32,000 nucleotides of DNA from an uncultured Acidobacteriota bacterium (GTDB taxonomy: Bacteria; Acidobacteriota; Terriglobia; Terriglobales; Acidobacteriaceae): positions 1,024,275-1,056,274 of the forward strand of contig CAVOKO010000012.1 of NCBI GenBank assembly GCA_963696525.1, written 5' to 3'. Positions within the stretch are counted from its first letter, which is position 1. Each line of letters starts with the position of its first letter. Below, in pieces: positions 26,350 through 32,000 of the stretch. Position numbers and translations under genes: made by a program. The notes under the pieces are model-generated. The model had not been told where the DNA came from, did no database searches, and saw only the letters and a list, made by a program, of their open reading frames with translations.

Positions 26350-27096
26350 ATGACGGCTGTCTTTCATCGAGAAGAAGAGATCGACGCCTTGCGCAAGCGC
26401 ATTGCGGCCCGCAAGTCGGTATTGCTTCATGGGCCGTCAGGCGCCGGAAAGACGTTGCTTCTCGAACACGTCATGCCGGACTTCCCTCCTCTCTTGTACT
26501 GTGCGCAGGCAAGCAGTTCGCAAGGGGTATTCCGCAGCCTGGCCGAGGTCCTGGTGCAGAAGAAGGATGCGGAGATCCTCCGCAGACTGGGCGGTAGCCC
26601 GGCGGACGTCATCCGGAATAAGACGGCTGTTTCACTCAAGGGCATTGTCATAAGTGTTCTGCGTGGAACGAAGTACTTGGTTGTTCTCGATCACCTGCAT
26701 CGTCCCTCGCATTCCTTCGCTGCGATGGTTCATGATTTAATGACCTCCTGTTCCGTCCCCGTCGTCGCCGTAGCGAGGTCCGCGCATATGGAAGATGCTG
26801 GATTCTTCGCCCCGCTATTTCCGGACCGCGCCGATAAACTCTCGATCAAGAACTTCGATCCGGAGACGGCCCAGGAGTTCGCTCAACTTACGGCAAAGAA
26901 TCGTATGTTATCGGCAGAAAACCTCGGCGATTTTCTCACCCGTCTGATTGAGTTCAGCGAGGGCAATCCGGGAGCGATCGCGAGCATGATTAACATGGCA
27001 ACGATGTCGAAGTATCGCCTTGAGGATCACATCATAGCCTCACCGCTTTATATCGACTTTCGGCTTCAGTGTGCAGCCGCGGCTTCGAGTAGATAG
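26350..27096 (+). CDS. AAA-family ATPase (AAA_22 / ExeA- and ORC-like small P-loop NTPase)
   Basis: FHREEEIDALRKRIAARKSVLLHGPSGAGKTLLLEHV (Walker A after a REEE..L helix), YLVVLDHLH (Walker B-like), and a C-terminal SEGNPGAIASMINMA that resembles the ExeA S.G.PR.IN.L ending. The TTG at 26332 is an alternative start. Confidence 0.7.
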   Translation: MTAVFHREEEIDALRKRIAARKSVLLHGPSGAGKTLLLEHVMPDFPPLLYCAQASSSQGVFRSLAEVLVQKKDAEILRRLGGSPADVIRNKTAVSLKGIVISVLRGTKYLVVLDHLHRPSHSFAAMVHDLMTSCSVPVVAVARSAHMEDAGFFAPLFPDRADKLSIKNFDPETAQEFAQLTAKNRMLSAENLGDFLTRLIEFSEGNPGAIASMINMATMSKYRLEDHIIASPLYIDFRLQCAAAASSR

Positions 27097-27140
27097 ATTG
27101 AAAAGCAAGCAGTGGTAACTTGAGGTCTACTGAACTGAAA

Positions 27141-28900
27141 ATGTCTACGCGATCCGATCCAATAGCTGATGAGGGCCAGCGGTTGGAAGGAGATGCCGCA
27201 CTCTTGCGGCTGGCTGCGATTGCCGACGAATTTGGCGCGGAGCACACCTCCGGCGATGCTCGCTCCGTCGCCGAGCGGGTTGCGGAAGGCCGCTTCTATG
27301 TCGCTTGTGTTGGTCAGTTCAAGCGTGGCAAATCGACCCTGATCAACGCCTTGATTGGGGCTTCAGTTCTTCCCGCGGGCGTCGTGCCGGTCACCACCGT
27401 GCCAACCGTCATTCGCCACGGCGATCACCGCCAGGCGCGAATACGCTTTCAAGCCAAGGGCTGGTCCGCTGTCCCGCTGGACAAGCTGGATGAGTACGTC
27501 TCCGAAGACAAGAACCCGGAGAATGCGAAAGCGGTAGCTGGGGTGGAAGTCTTTTTCCCAGTCCCCTGCTCGCGACAGGCATGTGCTTTGTCGATACGCC
27601 TGGGCTCGGCTCGGTGTTCGCCGGCAATACGGCCGCCACGAACGATTTTATCCCGCACATCGATGCCGCGATGATTGTCATCGGCGCTGATCCACCTATT
27701 TCCGGCGACGAGCTTGCCATTGTCGAAACTGTCGCGAAGCAGGTCAGCAACTTGCTGTTCGTGCTCAACAAGGCAGACCGGGTGAATGCGCACGAACTGG
27801 CGACCGCAACTGCCTTTGCGCGTCGCGTGCTTGAAAAGCGGTTGAACCGGCCGGTTCCGATGATCTTCGAAACCTGCGCGACGGAACAAATCGAAAACCA
27901 CGGTTCCGGACGCGACTGGCACAAGCTGGTTGCAACGCTGCAAGCGCTGGTTGATGACTCCGGAAGCAACCTGGTGCGCGAGTCGGCACAGCGCGCTTTG
28001 ACGCGCACCGCCGAGCAACTGCTTCGGATCATTGCCGAAGAACGTCAAGCATTGCGCCGTCCGGTCGAGGAGTCAGAGCGCCGGATAGCCCAGTTGCGCG
28101 AGACTCTGGTGCAAGCCGAGACATCCATGCGCGAGCTTGGCTATCTTTTCACAGCCGAACAGCACCATCTTTCGGACATGTTTGGCGACCGTCGGCGAGA
28201 GTTCCTGGCAAAAGTGCAACCGGAGGCACGGCAAGAGCTCGACAAGGTGTTCCACGGCCTGCCGCGCAAGAGTGGACCTACATTCCGTCGTGAGCTGATG
28301 CACACCGCCCAACAGATGGCAAAGGAGCGGCTGCTGCCGTGGCTTGAGCGCGAAGAGCGTGATGCAGAGCGAGCTTACAGGGCTGTGGCTCAGCGCTTCG
28401 TTGAGTTCGCCAATGAGTTTCTCAACCGATTGGCCGCGACTGGCGTCCCGGAACTGGCGCAGCTTCCGCGCGCACTAGATCCCGAAAAAGGGTTCAGAGC
28501 GCGTTCCGAGTTCCACTTCAACCTACTTGAGCGCATCGCGGCGCCGGCGTCGCCTTTTCGCCTGATCGCCGACTTTGTGCTGGGTGCGGTAGGAGCATGC
28601 GGCCCGTTCCAACACGACGCGCAGCAGTTTCTGAGTCAGTTGCTCGAATGGAATAGCGCACGGGTTCGCAGTGATGTGGATAACCGGGTACTGGAAAGCC
28701 GGCACTGGCTGGAGACCGAAATTCGCATCCTCTTGCGGGAAGTTGCGGCAGTAGCGGAACGCGCACTGAACCATGCACGCAAACTGCAAGCGGAAGGCGC
28801 CGCGGCCGTAGACAATGCCTTGGCACGTCTGGATGCGCTTGAGACCGAAATCAGGTCCCTTAATAAAATGTGTGCCGAGAACCCCGATGATACCGACTGA
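27141..28900 (+). pseudogene. bacterial dynamin-like / HSR1-type large GTPase, split by a 1-nt frameshift
   Basis: G1 GQFKRGKSTLINALIG and G2-region VPVTTVPT lie in ORF 27120..27674. G3 DTPGLGS and G4 LNKAD lie in ORF 27581..28900, followed by a ~400-aa E/R/A-rich helical stalk. The reading ...AGVEVFF / PSPLLATGMCFVDTPGLGS is restored by one extra base in the T5/C3 run at 27552-27559. Confidence 0.8.
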
Positions 28901-28998
28901 CACAACACCGATATCCAAAGCAGCTACGGCAACGGCAGCACTGGATTCGGACCCGAGCCTGTGTCGCGGGAGCTAATGTCCGTATCAGTTGACCCACT

Positions 28999-29655
28999 TC
29001 ATGACCTGGCCACTACACGCTTGGGCAGGTAGGAGAGGCTATAGTTTGGGTCAAGGTGGCTCTTCTCATAGATTGAGACCATATTCTGTCGCATTTTCGC
29101 GCCTACCTTTTCAAATAGGCTGTTTCCGCGAGTGTCGATTCCGACGATCAAAGGTCCGAAGTCCTTCATGCGAAGTATCCAGGTCGCTTCCGGCAGTCCG
29201 AGGTCGGTCCAGTGGACGCCCACCACCTCTTCGATTTTGCCGGCATACAACGCGGCGCAGCCTCCGGTGGAATTAAGAAAGCAGGAGCCAACCTCTTTCA
29301 TTGTTTCAACTGCTTTTGTCATCATCGTGCCTTTACCGATGGTGCACCGTATTTGCAATCGCTCGATAAGTTCGGACCCCAAGTAAGTGAACCTGGAGCT
29401 TGTGGTTGGACCCGCCGATATTGCTTCCCATTTACCTTGTGGAGTTTTTCTCACGATCGGGGCGCAATGCCATAGTGCACCGTTACGGAGATCGAAGGGA
29501 AGCGTCTCGCCACGTGCCAGCATGTCAACTGCCCGACGGTGGCCCATGTCACGCATCGTATAGATTAGGCCTGAAAGATAGACAATGTCCTCGCAAGTGA
29601 GTTGTCGGATCTGTTCTTCGGTAACCGGGAGTTGAAGATGGTATTCTCTTGTCAT
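28999..29655 (-). CDS. class I (Fe-S) fumarate hydratase / tartrate dehydratase, beta subunit
   Basis: LSGLIYTMRDMGHRR, GPTTSSRF, TIGKGTM and STGGCAALY match the Fumerase_C-type domain. The start overlaps the alpha-subunit stop (ATGA). Confidence 0.9.
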   Translation of the reverse strand: MTREYHLQLPVTEEQIRQLTCEDIVYLSGLIYTMRDMGHRRAVDMLARGETLPFDLRNGALWHCAPIVRKTPQGKWEAISAGPTTSSRFTYLGSELIERLQIRCTIGKGTMMTKAVETMKEVGSCFLNSTGGCAALYAGKIEEVVGVHWTDLGLPEATWILRMKDFGPLIVGIDTRGNSLFEKVGAKMRQNMVSIYEKSHLDPNYSLSYLPKRVVARS

Positions 29656-30557
29656 TGCGCGGAACCCCTTTCCGGATGCGTCAGGTACTCTACCCGCCCG
29701 TCGTTATAGATGCGTGCTTTGGAGTATCGACATGCCCAACACTGAAACATGATCGAGACCGGAACCACTGCTGTATGCGAGCCGCTTAATACGGCATGTA
29801 CCCCCAAAGCGTAGGTTTTGCCGCCAAAGCCCATAGGGCCTAATTCCATGGCATTGACGGCCTCGAATATTTCGGCCTCCAACGCCGCGACTACCGGGTC
29901 CACGTTCCTGGTCCCGATGGGCGTGCGGAACAAGGCCTTTTTGGCCAGTGCCATTGATGAATCGGCAAATCCGCCTATGCCGATACCGAGGATGACCGGA
30001 GGACAAGGTTCGCCCATGGCGTCTTCGACGACGTCAAGCACGGCCTTGACAGTGGCGCGGCCAATATCTTCGCTGGTTAGAACCCAGCACTGAGCCGCCC
30101 GCATTTCGGAACCGAATCCCTTGGGGACAGCCATGAGGTCCAGGTAATCCGCACTGGGCATCATGTCCCAGTGAACGTAGGGAATTCCCCATCCGGTATT
30201 CGTGCCGGAATTTTCCTTGGTCAGAGGGTTAATCACATTCTGGCGCAGCGGCACGTCTTTGGTAGCTCTTTCCAGAGCCCGGGCCATGGCCGCCTGAGGA
30301 TTGCCCTCCATACGGCAATTGAGGCCAACATCGGCGTATACCATAGGGACGCCGGTGTCCTGGCACAAACTAATCTGTTTTTCGTTGGCGATGCGACAAT
30401 TGTCGAGAATGGACATTAGCTGCCCTTTGGCGGTCGCACTTTCTTCCCGGGCATAACCAGCCTTCAGCGCGTTCTGCACATCAAGCGGCAGCGAGATTGA
30501 AGCTTTCCGCATCAACTCGAATAATGTCTCTTCGATCAGTACTTCACTGATTGCCAC
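29652..30557 (-). CDS. class I (Fe-S) fumarate hydratase / tartrate dehydratase, alpha subunit
   Basis: CQDTGVPMVYADVG, NTGWGIPYVHW, PKGFGSEM and CPPVILGIGIGG match the Fumerase N-terminal domain. I prefer the GTG at 30557 (or TTG at 30563) because a strong AAGGAGG lies at 30567-30573. The ORF track extends to 30599. Confidence 0.88.
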   Translation of the reverse strand: MAISEVLIEETLFELMRKASISLPLDVQNALKAGYAREESATAKGQLMSILDNCRIANEKQISLCQDTGVPMVYADVGLNCRMEGNPQAAMARALERATKDVPLRQNVINPLTKENSGTNTGWGIPYVHWDMMPSADYLDLMAVPKGFGSEMRAAQCWVLTSEDIGRATVKAVLDVVEDAMGEPCPPVILGIGIGGFADSSMALAKKALFRTPIGTRNVDPVVAALEAEIFEAVNAMELGPMGFGGKTYALGVHAVLSGSHTAVVPVSIMFQCWACRYSKARIYNDGRVEYLTHPERGSAQ

Positions 30558-30599
30558 GGCCAATCCCTCCTTAGCTTCTGAGCCAGCCCAACAAACCAC

Positions 30600-30952
30600 G
30601 CACTGTGAGTTGTCTATTGATGTCCGCTAATCGAGGTTACCAGCGGGATATTCTTTTGGATATGCCTTCTGGCAGTTCTGTGCATTTCCGCAGTCACTTG
30701 CTCCGCCTACCCTAATTATAGCGGCGAGACGCTCGTCCGCCTGAAGGCTTCCAGTCGGATGTGCCGCCCTTCGAGGCTCCGGTGAAAGCGCCTTCGACGT
30801 AGCCGAACTATTTAATTCGCAAAAGGCTGTCTTCCAGGGACGCGCAATTGATGGCCACGAAGGGACGATGGCGTTGCCTTTGGTAGCCATTGTGCAAGCT
30901 CTGCGCGATCAACTCCTGGCCGGTTCCGCTTTCCTAAACCATAAAGACCAAA
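30600..30952 (-). pseudogene. degraded sigma54-dependent activator (bEBP) AAA+ domain remnant
   Basis: The reverse strand reads [60 protein letters not shown]. Compare the bEBP consensus VLI.GESGTGKELIARAIH..S.R...PFVAINCAA....LLESELFGY.KGAFTGA. There are two in-frame stops, then frame changes and deletions (..ADE...IRVGG.., ..PRLADI..). Confidence 0.65.
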
Positions 30953-31339
30953 TCAGGACTGGAGTACTTTCCGTACGATTGCGATGAGTTGGCCGGGGCT
31001 GCAAGGTTTCATCACGGTAGCATGGGCGCCCAAGAGTTCCGCTGCGCGCAGCATGTTACCGCCAAAAGCCCCGGAAATGGCTATGATTTTCATATTTGGC
31101 TGCTGCTTCCGGATGCTCTGTATCACCTCGATGCCATCCCGGTCCGGCATAACTAGATCGGTCAAGAGCAAGTCAAACGACTGAGCTTGCGCCATTCGAA
31201 GAGCTTTGACGCCGTCTTGCGCTGTCGAGACCGCATAGCCCGCGTCCGTTAAGACATTCGAGAACAGGGCCAGAATCGCTTCATCGTCGTCCACAGCCAA
31301 GACTTTGCCACGCGAGGCCCCCGGCTGGATCGAGTTCAT
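30953..31339 (-). CDS. stand-alone response-regulator receiver domain protein
   Basis: KVLAVDDDEAIL...LLLTDLVMPDRDG...IIAISG...TVMKP carries the complete receiver active-site set. It ends immediately upstream of the bEBP remnant. Confidence 0.9.
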   Translation of the reverse strand: MNSIQPGASRGKVLAVDDDEAILALFSNVLTDAGYAVSTAQDGVKALRMAQAQSFDLLLTDLVMPDRDGIEVIQSIRKQQPNMKIIAISGAFGGNMLRAAELLGAHATVMKPCSPGQLIAIVRKVLQS

Positions 31340-32000
31340 TTTTTATTTCTCCTCTGCTGATGACGCCTGAGTTTCTCGGTGCTTTCGGAAGGTCCCTAAA
31401 GCACTTTTTCTTTTTCACTCATGCGTCACTGTTTCAAAAAATGCAACCAACCGCATGGCTGTGGCTCAGTTCCATTGCTGGCTGCACAACCGCGAAACTT
31501 GTGGTTCCAAACCAAAGTAGATTTACCGTGACTCATCCGTTTGCCGGCGAACCCGACGCTTTGATCCCGGCTCCATGCCATTTCTATCGGCACGCTCCAC
31601 GGCGACTTCAACCCGCAAAGTTGAAAAAGCGAGTGGTGCAACTGAACTCTTCTTCTGGCACTGCCGATATAAAAGAGTCGACCATATTCTGTTGTGAGAT
31701 CACGTTGGGTACGGCCCCTCTGGAACCGCGACTCAGGTAAATCGCGTATATCGCGGCGTCAGCTCAGCAGCTACTCTGATCTGGAGCTGGCAAAGCTACG
31801 CGCCCAAAATAGTTGATGGCTGACTATGGTAAGACGGGCAGGGCATTACTAATCCAATGAGACCGGAAACCGTGGGACCAACTATTCAAATCGCCAGCGA
31901 AGGCGACACCGGTTCGCCCGCCGGTGGCACCTTCGACACGTACCCTGAGGCGGAAGTGCGGGCACCCGCTGGAAGCCGCCGCCTGGATTCCATTCGATTC

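Noticed and set aside
30627-30890. 87-aa ORF from the track as a real gene
   Set aside because: It is an off-frame reading across the decayed sigma54-activator AAA+ remnant. It has no SD and no family resemblance.
31360-32000. 126-aa + strand ORF (31360..31740), 71-aa - strand ORF, and an open frame starting at ATG 31858 (MRPETVGPTIQIASEGD..) that runs off the window end
   Set aside because: There are no recognisable motifs or convincing ribosome-binding sites. The 3' partial ORF may be real, but 47 codons are not enough to support a call.
1-32000. Scan for CRISPR arrays, tRNA/rRNA genes, IS termini/transposases, integrases and toxin-antitoxin pairs
   Set aside because: I saw no regularly spaced repeats, no cloverleaf-like or rRNA-like segments and no transposase or integrase-like ORFs on either strand. 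This was an inspection by eye, not a tRNAscan or Infernal run.

Overview
Moderately GC-rich bacterial chromosomal segment. I recognised no rRNA, tRNA, CRISPR array, IS element or prophage. Gene content (NHL-repeat surface protein, a Tat-signal FAH enzyme, a palindromic repeat family whose arms read FQQPA / CHPE..) suggests an Acidobacteriota-like host; that is inference only. Gene order: coaE' and folD (-); a small ORF with terminator; Tat-FAH hydrolase, DCC thiol-disulfide oxidoreductase, large NHL-repeat surface protein and an OM beta-barrel (+); a permease / hydantoinase-A-like / HExxH operon (+); an ACS-type MFS transporter and an RraA-like aldolase (-); hgcB-hgcA (-), divergent from arsR-acr3-arsC (+); a chemosensory cluster cheY-GAF-cheD-cheA-mcp-cheW-(mcp remnant)-cheR-cheB (+); an AAA ATPase plus a dynamin-like GTPase (+); two-subunit class I fumarate hydratase (-); a sigma54-activator remnant and a stand-alone receiver (-). 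Four observations stand out. (1) A motif-complete hgcAB mercury-methylation pair shares a short divergent control region, carrying twin palindromic boxes, with an arsenic-resistance operon. (2) An uncharacterised AAA-ATPase + dynamin-like GTPase cassette. (3) Indel damage is concentrated in the mcp and cheW genes, and the original MCP C-terminus can still be read in another frame. (4) A permease / hydantoinase-like / HExxH operon of unknown function. The apparent frameshifts could be sequencing errors; I cannot tell from a single sequence.
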